This document shows positions 18,973 through 28,578 of a stretch of 64,000 nt of DNA, one piece after another (position 1 is the first letter of the stretch; the number at the start of each line of letters is the position of its first letter). Location: assembly GCA_046482545.1 (NCBI GenBank), contig JAWOEX010000021.1:32001-96000 (forward strand), written 5' to 3'. Both the position numbers and the translations under genes were made by a program. The stretch comes from Candidatus Thorarchaeota archaeon (lineage in GTDB: Archaea; Asgardarchaeota; Thorarchaeia; Thorarchaeales; Thorarchaeaceae). The notes under the pieces are model-generated. The model was not told the DNA's origin and did no database searches. It saw only the letters and a list, made by a program, of their open reading frames with translations.

Positions 18973-20349
18973 CTAATTGAGACGTTCCGCCTCACCGCCG
19001 GGCAGATTATTCATCATCTGCTGGGCATTCTTCGGCGTAACGCTCGCTTCTAGTCTAATCGTATCCCCTTCAAAGGTTTGGTTCTTGACTTCACCTACAT
19101 CATGTAGCCAGCTGAGAAACGACATAGAGCGATTGTTGTTTGGAATCGAAATAGAATACTCGTGTAGTTCTGGCAGTTCTTTCTGAACAGCATGTAACAG
19201 GGCATCAAGATTCTCTTCCTGTTTGGCTGATATTGGAATGACTTGATCAAAAGATGTTTCAAGGACAGCCTTTCTATGTTCAAGAATCTTCGGGAAAACC
19301 AAGTCGATTTTGTTGAGTGCAACTACGATTGGTATTGTATTTACGTCAATCCGACCGAACGTCTCCATACAGGTCTGAGTTTTTCGCTCCATCTCATCAA
19401 GCGAGTCTGAGACATCAACTACAAGCACAATTACATCTGCATCGGCTATTTCCATGAGCGTGGTATCGAACGCCTGAAGCAACTTCGGGGGGAGATCACT
19501 AATGAAACCAACAGAGTCTGTTAGAACAACATCTCTCCCCGGTATTGTAAGCTTCGATGCCTTTGTTGAAAGAGTTGTGAACAACTCATCCGCAACCTCG
19601 GCATTTGAATCCGTCAGCTTGGTATGCAAGGTGCTCTTGCCCGCATTAGTGTATCCAGCCAGAGTCACCTCAGTAAAACCCAAATTATTCCTTCGTTTTT
19701 TCTTCAGCTCCTGTACATCAGATATCTTCTGCAGCTTTTGACGGATTTTCGCCAAGCGGTTCTGAATCTGATTCAGCCTGAGGCTTAGAATATCCTCACC
19801 AGCTCCAATCTGCTGTGCAGTAGGTCTATCTCCAGTATGCTCTCGCTGGAGACGCATTCGTGCTTGATGTTTCATAAAAGGGAGTTCATATTCGAGACGC
19901 GCCTGCTCAATCTGAAGCTTTGCTTGCCGTGTCCGAGCATGCCGTGAGAATATTTCCAGAATGACCTGTGGACGGTCTCGGACTTCGACTTCCCATTTCT
20001 CCATGAGGCGAAACATCTGGCTTGATTTGAGATGAGGGGAGAATAAAACAAAATCTGGCTCGTGAGCACTTATCCAGTCATCAATTTCCTCTGCCTTGCC
20101 GATGCTGATACCGTATCGGCCATGCTCAGCACCTACTATGTCGAATTCACCAATTACCCTGTAACCTGCAGATGTAGCTATTGATTCGAATTCGTTGAGC
20201 AGATTTGGCTCACCGTATTCACGGCGCTGAACAAGTAGCGAGGAAGTGGATATCATCATCAATCCAATCCAGCTTTGATTCATAAACGGTTTGATGACGC
20301 AACTGAACACGCTTTCTCCAAACAAAAGCTTCATGGGGGTATCTTGCAC
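18973..20349 (-). CDS. hflX: GTPase HflX (true start probably ~20258)
   Basis: ILEIFSRHARTRQAKLQIE, GYTNAGKST, LFTTL, DSVGFI, NKID. Confidence 0.92.
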   Translation of the reverse strand: MQDTPMKLLFGESVFSCVIKPFMNQSWIGLMMISTSSLLVQRREYGEPNLLNEFESIATSAGYRVIGEFDIVGAEHGRYGISIGKAEEIDDWISAHEPDFVLFSPHLKSSQMFRLMEKWEVEVRDRPQVILEIFSRHARTRQAKLQIEQARLEYELPFMKHQARMRLQREHTGDRPTAQQIGAGEDILSLRLNQIQNRLAKIRQKLQKISDVQELKKKRRNNLGFTEVTLAGYTNAGKSTLHTKLTDSNAEVADELFTTLSTKASKLTIPGRDVVLTDSVGFISDLPPKLLQAFDTTLMEIADADVIVLVVDVSDSLDEMERKTQTCMETFGRIDVNTIPIVVALNKIDLVFPKILEHRKAVLETSFDQVIPISAKQEENLDALLHAVQKELPELHEYSISIPNNNRSMSFLSWLHDVGEVKNQTFEGDTIRLEASVTPKNAQQMMNNLPGGEAERLN

Positions 20350-20351
20350 AG

Positions 20352-22418
20352 ATGACAGGAGTGATCATGAGCATCTTCGAGGTTCGATCAAAGGAAGGGC
20401 TTGCAAGGCTCGGTGTTCTTCGCACAAATCATGGCGATGTAAGAACGCCTCTACTGATGCCAGTGGTTCATCCAGAAAGAAAGGCGATTCCAGTCCAAGA
20501 CCTTACAGACAAGTATGGATTCCAGATGGTAATAACCAACTCATTCATAATCCATTCGAAAGAACATCTGAAAGAGACCGCCCTGAGAGATGGTGTCCAC
20601 TCACTTCTGAACTTCGATGGCCCAGTCATGACTGATTCAGGAACCTTTCAGATGTATTTTCACAAGCTACCGGAAGACCAAATAGAACCTCTTGAAATCG
20701 TCAGATTTCAAAGAGATATCGGTGCGGACATTGGAACAATACTCGATGTCTTCTCGGAACCTGATGTAGGCAAGTCTAAAGTCGAAAAAGATGCTGAAGT
20801 TTCCTTTGAGAGAGCCAAGAAATCGGTCGGAGAGAAAGAGGACATGCTCTTGGCTGGAACGGTACAGGGGGGGATTTACGCGGATGTCAGAAAGCGCTCC
20901 GCTCAACAGATGGCTTCGCTGGACATAGATATTCACCCAATTGGTGGGGTGGTGCCACTTATGGAATCTTATCGATATGCGGATATCGTCCAAGCCACCT
21001 TGGCAGCAAAGAGGGTTCTGCCTCTCAACAGACCCGTACATCTGTTTGGTTGCGGACATCCGATGTTCTTTGCTCTAGCGGCCCTCCTTGGATGCGATTT
21101 GTTTGACTCTGCCTCTTACGCAAAATTCGCCCAGTCCGATAGAATGATGCTTTCAACAGGTACTGTACATCTTCATGAACTTCGGGAACTACCCTGTTCT
21201 TGCCCGATTTGCTCACAGACCACCCCTGAAGAGCTACAATCCTTGCCAGACGCCAACAGGGAAATCATGCTTTCAAAACACAATCTGTACGTTGCCGCAG
21301 CTGAGATGAGGAGGGTTCGACAAGCCATATCTGATGGAAAGCTCTTCGAGCTAGCCGCTCTTCGAGCCAGAGGACATCCTCAATTGTATCAAGGGCTCCA
21401 CACTATGTTGCATTATCAAGATAGTTTTCTTCACCATTATCCGATGGGCGCTTCGAGTTCAGTATTCTTCACAGGATCAGAATCAGCCCGGCATCCTGCA
21501 TTCGTGAAGTTCCATAATCAGCTTATTTCCTCGTATCCATATTTTACGACGGGTTCTCTCCTATTGGTGCCAGCCCATGGTGAAAGACCATATTCAGAAT
21601 TGTTCCCTGATTTAATCGAGGCCATAAAGAAAACTAATGCGAACCAAGCGGTTCTCGTGTTCATAACACCAATAGGGGTTATTCCTTGGGAGCTGGAACA
21701 CGTATATCCAGCTCAACAGAGCGTTTTCCCAACGAAGGAATTCAATGGGGTTCTCAAGGCTGCTGAAGCAAGACTCATCCAGTTTCTAAATCGAATGAAA
21801 TGTAACAGCATATTTTGGCTTACTAATGATTTGCCTACCGATGCTTTCAAGGACGAAATTTCAACTGTGCACTCAGTTCAAATAATTCAAAACAAACGAG
21901 AAGCCGTAGAAATGCTGCGAAACTTGCAGGGTGAGACCGAATACTGGCCTGCAAGGAAATTCAATGCGTTACTGAATATTCAATGGAATATTCAAGCGAA
22001 TTTTGAGGAGGGAACGGATGATTGGAGTTTCACATTTTCAGGAAGTACCGGCAAAATACGGCATGTAAACAAATCAGACCAAATCATGTTCACTGTGGTT
22101 CCCACCACTGGGCTATTGACGCCCACATTCCACGGTGGTAAATGGTTTCTTGAAAATGGGTTGGATTCCAAGTACATCGTTGTCATGCAAGATGAGGCTG
22201 CCGAGTATGTAGGAAGGGGGCGTTCCGCCCTATCGAAATTTGTCGCAAATGCAAGTCATGAACTAGGGGCCGGGGAAGAGGTCATGGTAACGGATACATC
22301 TGGACGATTAGTTGGAACGGGCAAATCCAATCTTACGGGAAAGGGAATGCTTGATTTCAGGAGGGGTGTGGCCGTCGATATCAGGCACTCGCTTCAGCCT
22401 TCTGATGCCGAGCAATAA
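20352..22418 (+). CDS. tgtA: Archaeosine tRNA-guanine(15) transglycosylase with C-terminal PUA domain
   Basis: RTPLLMPV, MTDSGTFQ, IGGVVPLME, HLFGCGHP, FDSASY, CSCPIC. Confidence 0.92.
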   Translation: MTGVIMSIFEVRSKEGLARLGVLRTNHGDVRTPLLMPVVHPERKAIPVQDLTDKYGFQMVITNSFIIHSKEHLKETALRDGVHSLLNFDGPVMTDSGTFQMYFHKLPEDQIEPLEIVRFQRDIGADIGTILDVFSEPDVGKSKVEKDAEVSFERAKKSVGEKEDMLLAGTVQGGIYADVRKRSAQQMASLDIDIHPIGGVVPLMESYRYADIVQATLAAKRVLPLNRPVHLFGCGHPMFFALAALLGCDLFDSASYAKFAQSDRMMLSTGTVHLHELRELPCSCPICSQTTPEELQSLPDANREIMLSKHNLYVAAAEMRRVRQAISDGKLFELAALRARGHPQLYQGLHTMLHYQDSFLHHYPMGASSSVFFTGSESARHPAFVKFHNQLISSYPYFTTGSLLLVPAHGERPYSELFPDLIEAIKKTNANQAVLVFITPIGVIPWELEHVYPAQQSVFPTKEFNGVLKAAEARLIQFLNRMKCNSIFWLTNDLPTDAFKDEISTVHSVQIIQNKREAVEMLRNLQGETEYWPARKFNALLNIQWNIQANFEEGTDDWSFTFSGSTGKIRHVNKSDQIMFTVVPTTGLLTPTFHGGKWFLENGLDSKYIVVMQDEAAEYVGRGRSALSKFVANASHELGAGEEVMVTDTSGRLVGTGKSNLTGKGMLDFRRGVAVDIRHSLQPSDAEQ

Positions 22419-23535
22419 GTGGATGATCTGGTATTTTTCGCAAGGCATCAACGCCGCCTAAAGGCAGAACCATTACATCGGGCCTAGGAGCATACAAGGT
22501 TATGCTATCTCCGCGCTCAAAGCTAGTTTCCGGTGGTAACAAGGCAACAGCGGATATTTCGCCTACTTCGAAATGTACCTCAACATTGCTTCCGATGTAT
22601 ATCACTTCACTCACTTTCCCTTCTACCTTGTTATCACGAGGGTCGGTCTGCTCCAGTAGAAGATCCTCAGGACGTACTGCACATCTAACGTGTTCGCCAA
22701 CTTCAAACGGATATTCCGGCATTGTCGTTTCTCCAGACACAATCTGACCATCGGGCAGTTCAACACGAATGTAATCGTTCATTGAAACAATTTTCCCATC
22801 AAGGAAGGTGCACTTACCTATGAAGTCAGCAACAAATACTGTCTGGGGATGATGATAGATTTCACGAGGAGGACCATACTGTTGAATATACCCTTTGCTA
22901 ATGACGGCAACCATATCTGAGATACTCAGTGCTTCTACTTGATCGTGGGTGACGTAAACGGTTGTTATTCCAAGCTCTCGCTGGATTCTAATGATTTCTT
23001 GTCGCATTTCATTTCTCAGTTTTGCATCAAGATTGGAAAGGGGTTCGTCTAAGAGAAGGACATCTGGCTCTATAACCAGTGCTCTTGCCAATGCTACTCG
23101 CTGCTGTTGACCGCCGCTGAGCTGGTGAGGGTTCCTGTCCCCCAGCCCTTCCATATGAACAAGCTCCAATGCTGCATCCACTCTGTCCTTTATCGCAGCC
23201 TTAGTATATTGCATTCCTTCGATTCGCTTCATCTTTAGGCCATATGCTATGTTATCAAAAACTGACATGTGTGGCCATAGTGCATAGTTCTGGAAAACCA
23301 TCCCGGTTTTGCGTTCGTATGGAGGGATATCTGTCATCTCTTCATCGTCGAAATATATCTTGCCTCTGTCAGGTTGTAGGAAACCTGCTATGAGGCGCAG
23401 AAGTGTAGTCTTCCCACAACCGGAAGGACCAAGAAGCGTAGATAGTCTTCCATCTTGAAGCGTTATGTTTACGTCATCAGTCGCAACGACATCTCCGAAG
23501 GTCTTGCGAAGATTTTCAAGTCTAATTGATACCAT
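22381..23535 (-). CDS. ABC transporter ATP-binding protein (FbpC/PotA-like, TOBE domain)
   Basis: GPSGCGKT, LSGGQQQR, LLLDEP, VTHD. Confidence 0.92.
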   Translation of the reverse strand: MVSIRLENLRKTFGDVVATDDVNITLQDGRLSTLLGPSGCGKTTLLRLIAGFLQPDRGKIYFDDEEMTDIPPYERKTGMVFQNYALWPHMSVFDNIAYGLKMKRIEGMQYTKAAIKDRVDAALELVHMEGLGDRNPHQLSGGQQQRVALARALVIEPDVLLLDEPLSNLDAKLRNEMRQEIIRIQRELGITTVYVTHDQVEALSISDMVAVISKGYIQQYGPPREIYHHPQTVFVADFIGKCTFLDGKIVSMNDYIRVELPDGQIVSGETTMPEYPFEVGEHVRCAVRPEDLLLEQTDPRDNKVEGKVSEVIYIGSNVEVHFEVGEISAVALLPPETSFERGDSITLYAPRPDVMVLPLGGVDALRKIPDHPLIARHQKAEASA

Positions 23536-23545
23536 CTTGTAACAC

Positions 23546-25645
23546 CTAGATACCTGTCATAGCGGATGCTCTTGTCTTGAGAACCGCGTTCGTAATAGCT
23601 ATCACTACCATCTGCAGTAACATCATAACCACGCCCAGCACAGCAGCCGGCCCATGACCATATAATGGGGGTAAGCCCGCCATAACATCTTTCACCCAGT
23701 ATGTCAAAGGTGCCTGATAGTAGTTTGCTGAACCCAGAAGTATGCTTGTACTGACTTCGCTAACCGAATATACAAATGAGAGCAGCGAACCAGCCAGCAC
23801 ACTCACACCAATGAGTGGAATCACAATTCTGGCAAAAGTTTGGTTTCTATTTGCACCTGCACTCATAGACGCCTCCTCTAGGACTTCTGGTGTTTGTTGA
23901 AGCCCAGCATATGCAGCTCTAACAGTGAACGGAAACTTCCGGACTGTATATGATATGATGATTAGAAACATGGGCATATCCATTGGGAATATAGGCGTAT
24001 TGTAAAAGAGCGTGAAATAGCCGGTTGCAATGACAATACCTGGCAATGCTATGGGGGAGGTAACCAACAAATCGAGACCAGTACGGCCCGGAATATCTCG
24101 TCTGGAGATAATATACGCCGCAGAAACACCGAGCAAAACGATTATGAATGTCGCCACTGCAGCATATCCAAGGGTTCTAAACAATGCACCTTGGACCTTA
24201 GGATCTCCCAACACATTATAGTGATTGAGTGTGAAAACAGGAATTATCGAGCTAGATCGATACTTGGAAACAGAGAGTAGAAGTATACTGAGTTGAGGAA
24301 TCAGTGCATAGAAGAGAACTGGTATAAGAACCATATACATTAAAGCCGTTGTTTTTTTGGTCAAGGTTCTTGTTCGAGGATTCCATTGGCCACCTTTGCT
24401 TGTAGATGCGTAGCTGCGCAAACTAGCATATTTCCGAATTGCTAGAAAACCAACTAGAGCAAAGAGCAATAGTAGCATACCAATAGCAGGTCCAAGAGGA
24501 TCTATGGAGCCCGATTCAGCGGCTATACTGTCAAAGACCTGATAAGCCAAGACTCGTTGAGCCTGAGGATCTTCAGCGTACACAATAGGTGTGCCCAAGT
24601 CTTCGATACTCAGGATGAAGGTTAGGATAGCTCCAGCCTGAATGCCTGGCATAGCAAGAGGTAGAGTTACCGTCCTGAAAAGCTGAAAACCTGATGCCCC
24701 GAGATTCTCAGCTTGCTCTTCAAGCGATGGGTCTATACCCATGAAAGAAGAGTAAGCATTAAGATAGACGAGCGAAAACAAGGATAAACCTTGAACAATT
24801 ACTATGGCCGCAAGACCTCTAAATTCGGTTCTGATCCAGGTCATTCCAAAGAAAGCAAACAGTTCGGATGCCATATTGTTGAGAACACCATAAGACCCGA
24901 GGAACCACTTAATTCCAATAGCTCCAATAAAGGGAGTAGAAAGCATTGGAAAGAGTAGCAATGTTCGAAGAATGTTTTTCCCCGTGAAATCATATCGTGC
25001 CATAAGAAATGCAAAACTAGTCCCCAGTATTACTGCTATTGTTGTGGTCATAACAGCCGAATAAATTGAGTTTAAAATGATACCCATCTCAATTCCATAG
25101 ATATACCTTATTCCTGCGTCGGGATTGTACTGGATGAAGTCAAAGTCCTCCGCCCTCCATTGGGGGACGTACTTCTTGTTCGTGAATAGATTCAGAACTA
25201 TGTCGAGGGTAAAACCATCCTCTGTGAAGAACGAACCCCACACAACACTCAGCAAAGGCGCAATCAAGAAAGCACCGAATACAACTAGGATTGCAATAAG
25301 CTGGATCATCGATAGAGTATCCATTTCCCTTCTGAATCTACTCCATCCCGATTTCACTGTCTCAGAAAGACCCCTTTTCAAGGAACTGGCATTCTTGCGG
25401 GGGGACTTCAGAAAACCGCCGATTTGTACAATCATATTCCACAGAGAAACAAAAATACTCTTGATTCGATTACCTATCGAAGCTAAAAATCTCGCTATTC
25501 CACCAAAAAATGAAAGGAGGAAGTTGACGAGTGGATGATGTGGTTGCTGCAGTTCAGACTCCTCAGCATCTCGTTGTATCTCGTCGGCTTCAGTCAACTC
25601 GTCCACTTCCTTCTGAACGGGGGGTTGATTGCATTTAGGACCCAA
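23546..25645 (-). CDS. ABC transporter permease with two fused TM domains (FbpB-like)
   Basis: Multiple TM helices; two EAA loops (LEEQAENLGA, LEEASMSAGA). Confidence 0.9.
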   Translation of the reverse strand: MGPKCNQPPVQKEVDELTEADEIQRDAEESELQQPHHPLVNFLLSFFGGIARFLASIGNRIKSIFVSLWNMIVQIGGFLKSPRKNASSLKRGLSETVKSGWSRFRREMDTLSMIQLIAILVVFGAFLIAPLLSVVWGSFFTEDGFTLDIVLNLFTNKKYVPQWRAEDFDFIQYNPDAGIRYIYGIEMGIILNSIYSAVMTTTIAVILGTSFAFLMARYDFTGKNILRTLLLFPMLSTPFIGAIGIKWFLGSYGVLNNMASELFAFFGMTWIRTEFRGLAAIVIVQGLSLFSLVYLNAYSSFMGIDPSLEEQAENLGASGFQLFRTVTLPLAMPGIQAGAILTFILSIEDLGTPIVYAEDPQAQRVLAYQVFDSIAAESGSIDPLGPAIGMLLLLFALVGFLAIRKYASLRSYASTSKGGQWNPRTRTLTKKTTALMYMVLIPVLFYALIPQLSILLLSVSKYRSSSIIPVFTLNHYNVLGDPKVQGALFRTLGYAAVATFIIVLLGVSAAYIISRRDIPGRTGLDLLVTSPIALPGIVIATGYFTLFYNTPIFPMDMPMFLIIISYTVRKFPFTVRAAYAGLQQTPEVLEEASMSAGANRNQTFARIVIPLIGVSVLAGSLLSFVYSVSEVSTSILLGSANYYQAPLTYWVKDVMAGLPPLYGHGPAAVLGVVMMLLQMVVIAITNAVLKTRASAMTGI

Positions 25646-27062
25646 TCAGGTCATTCAAATCAGAAATGACCTGGTCATACTGATTTTCTGCCGCATCTCT
25701 CCAGAGCTGCTGCATACTATTGTAGAAACTACTATCATAGATCATGTCTTCATTTATCTCCTCAGCATAGGGAATAGTGAACTTGTGATCTTCACCGTCC
25801 ACAGTTACTGTAACCGGTTCACCCATCTGAGCAGCCAACTGATCGAGTTGTTCTCTTGTTATTTCCTCATCGTAGTATGCATCAACTAGAGCTTTCCAAG
25901 CGTCAGCTAGTGAGTCATGTGCGTCATTAAACACCGCCTCGAAGTAGGCAGTGAATGCTGTATTGATGTTGACTGATAGGGTCTCATTGAAATCAATACC
26001 CTCGTTTTCCAAAGTCTGGTTGAATAGAGAATACAATCCCTCATTCTCCTGTCCCAGTTCAGTATGGAAGGCTGACTCAAGCACAGGCATTCTCCTGATA
26101 CCCTCACTCAACCAAAGTGATTGACCTTCTGCGGAGAGTACATAATCCAAGAACGCTTCAGATGCATTCATGTGCTCACTATTCTCTACAATAGCAATTG
26201 GATCACCGTTTACAATGGACTCACCTTCAGGGAGGATATACTCGCAGTCAGGATTGTTGGCCTGAGTCGTATAGCCATAGAAGTCTATTGACATAGACAC
26301 ACCAACATCTCCATTCTCAGCAGCAGCTTGGGTCTCGACTGAACCCTGATAGAGCCTTGCGCTCCCAGCCATGCGAGCCATAGTTGCCCATCCATCATCC
26401 CAGCCCATACCTTGCGTGATAATCTCATAGATTCTTGTATTGGAGGTAGTCTTGGGCGCATTGCCCATAGCGATTGTAGCGGTTGGCAGAAGACTGCCCC
26501 ATACCGGTTTAGCAAGATGCGTCCAGTTATTTGGCATGGGTAGGTCATGATCGTCTAGGAAGTTGTGATTGACGGTGAAACCAAATGAGGAAATCGCAGC
26601 CGCAACCCAAATCACTTCGTCTTGTTCATTTCTCCGTTTCATATCGGCGCCAGCTATGCTATCAGGAACCCTGTCAACGACTTCCAGCATATACTCACTC
26701 GTAAGGGTTTCAAGATACTCATCTCTCTGCATTTGGTCAAAGAGGGTAGGACCACCGCCCCACAGCACGTCAATACCGCCAGCTTCTATGACATCGTCCC
26801 AGAATTGAGCTGCCTGTGTTTTCCATTTCAAATCGGTAATGCCATATTCTTCAGCGATGTCAGAAGCAAGAAAGGCTTCCTCGTAGACTGTATGTATGGC
26901 GGTATCGTGTCGTGTTAGTATTGTAAGAGTTATACCTTCGTCCTGAGAAGGACCCATGTTCAATACCACTAATACTGCGCCTACTCCTATGATAGCAATC
27001 ACAACAATCGCAATCGCAATCGTCTTGATATTTCGTCCCTTTTCAAGTTCTCCAGATGCCAT
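25635..27062 (-). CDS. ABC transporter substrate-binding protein (AfuA/FbpA-like), N-terminal anchor
   Basis: N-terminal TM helix; DVLWGGG, ESIVNGDPIAI, FLDYVLSAEGQ. Confidence 0.85.
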   Translation of the reverse strand: MASGELEKGRNIKTIAIAIVVIAIIGVGAVLVVLNMGPSQDEGITLTILTRHDTAIHTVYEEAFLASDIAEEYGITDLKWKTQAAQFWDDVIEAGGIDVLWGGGPTLFDQMQRDEYLETLTSEYMLEVVDRVPDSIAGADMKRRNEQDEVIWVAAAISSFGFTVNHNFLDDHDLPMPNNWTHLAKPVWGSLLPTATIAMGNAPKTTSNTRIYEIITQGMGWDDGWATMARMAGSARLYQGSVETQAAAENGDVGVSMSIDFYGYTTQANNPDCEYILPEGESIVNGDPIAIVENSEHMNASEAFLDYVLSAEGQSLWLSEGIRRMPVLESAFHTELGQENEGLYSLFNQTLENEGIDFNETLSVNINTAFTAYFEAVFNDAHDSLADAWKALVDAYYDEEITREQLDQLAAQMGEPVTVTVDGEDHKFTIPYAEEINEDMIYDSSFYNSMQQLWRDAAENQYDQVISDLNDLIGS

Positions 27063-27083
27063 AACTTTTCACCTTTGAGTGTC

Positions 27084-27121
27084 TAGTGCTTCTCATCATG
27101 ATTCAATTTTGAGAAGCACTA
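27084..27121. promoter_or_regulatory. 12-bp perfect inverted repeat in the leader of the ABC operon
   Basis: TAGTGCTTCTCA-N14-TGAGAAGCACTA, just upstream of the AGGTGA SD. Confidence 0.45.
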
Positions 27122-27335
27122 CTCAGAGTGTATCTTGGTTGGAGTCATCGTACGAAGATATTAAGTCTTTGGCAAAGAGAAGGAACTAATCGTGTCACTC
27201 AATCGCCCATTACATTAATCACAGGGATAGGATATATATGGAAGAAGTAGCTGAGAATACATGAAGCTGAGACTTAGTAACTAAAAGCCTAAATATATGC
27301 ATAGGCAAGAAGTGATGTACCGAATCTGAGCTTCG

Positions 27336-28409
27336 ATGACATTAGAAGAGCAGAAAGAGGAGAAACAAATTATGATACTAGAACAGAATAGCAAAAAGAT
27401 GGTTACCATGCTGTTTCTGGCTGCACTCTTTGTACCCTATCTCGCTGTGGGCTTCATGCCAGCACGAGTTCAGGCACAAGACGCAGGCAAGATTGTCTTT
27501 GACTACAGTCATGGACAGTATAGCAGCTACGTAGCTGGGAATGAAACTCATCCCGGCGCAGATTGGTGGCTTCGGCACAATCTGACCGACATGGGCTATG
27601 AGGTGGTATGGGCATTTGACGGACTCAACGACTCTGTCTTGTCCGATGCTGACGCCCTCATTATAGGAGCAATCTACGGTGAACAGGAAGGATTTGCACA
27701 GTCAGAGGTTGATGCAGTTGCAGACTGGTTCAACGCTGGCGACAAGTTCCTTTGGGTTGGTGCTGATTCAGATTATGGTGGTGCTAACTACATCAACGCC
27801 AACATGAGCTGGGTGCTTGAAGAAGTAGGCTCTCACGTGTACCCAGAGCCAACGTCAATTGAAGACCCAGAGTCAAACTGTGAAGCATCCTATCGTGTTG
27901 TGGCCAATGAGACAAGTGATGACTCCTACGTTGAGGATATTGTAGACGGTGTATCAGCTGTATTGATGCATGGTCCCACCTGTCTCTATGGAAGCACTTC
28001 AGCTACAGCAGGCGAAGATGCAGTTGCACTCGAAGAAGATGACATAGAGAATGTCTATCCACTTCTCTACTACGGAGATGCTGCATACGTAACCGATGCT
28101 GACTTGGTACCGCCCGTCGCACATGAAGAAGGTGATGAGGGCCCCTTTGTTGCTACGACAATAGAGACCAATGCTGGCGAAGATACGTCCGGAATCATTG
28201 TAGTTAGCGGCGCTTCACCGTACGGTGATTATAACCCGATGTACGCTGAGGAGTACTATGATGTCCCATTGGATGGCTACAATCTAGTCCTCCAAGCTAT
28301 TGCCTGGGAGCCCCCAGCAGCTGGCCTAGACTTGCTCCTAATCGGCGGTATAATTGGCGTCGTTGCTGTTGTGGTAATCATCATCGCTATCGTCATGAAG
28401 AGAAAATAG
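27336..28409 (+). CDS. Membrane-anchored extracellular protein with GldG/IFT52 (GIFT)-like domain
   Basis: Signal peptide, KIVFDYSHGQ, very acidic, C-terminal TM helix + KRK. Confidence 0.6.
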   Translation: MTLEEQKEEKQIMILEQNSKKMVTMLFLAALFVPYLAVGFMPARVQAQDAGKIVFDYSHGQYSSYVAGNETHPGADWWLRHNLTDMGYEVVWAFDGLNDSVLSDADALIIGAIYGEQEGFAQSEVDAVADWFNAGDKFLWVGADSDYGGANYINANMSWVLEEVGSHVYPEPTSIEDPESNCEASYRVVANETSDDSYVEDIVDGVSAVLMHGPTCLYGSTSATAGEDAVALEEDDIENVYPLLYYGDAAYVTDADLVPPVAHEEGDEGPFVATTIETNAGEDTSGIIVVSGASPYGDYNPMYAEEYYDVPLDGYNLVLQAIAWEPPAAGLDLLLIGGIIGVVAVVVIIIAIVMKRK

Positions 28410-28417
28410 ATAAATCA

Positions 28418-28468
28418 TCAAGAAGTAGCTTAATGCATTCAAGCTGCTTCTTGAACTCAACTTTTTTT
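28418..28468 (+). terminator. Hairpin + oligo-T terminator
   Basis: TCAAGAAGTAGCTT/AAGCTGCTTCTTGA stem followed by T7. Confidence 0.55.
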
Positions 28469-28578
28469 GCCAATCAATTCTTAGCACTGTTTCGTTCAAT
28501 CATAATCTCAAACGGAGCAGTATCACTGCCGGATGAGTTCAAGTAGTTTTTAATAGCAGGAGTGACCCCTATACAAAT

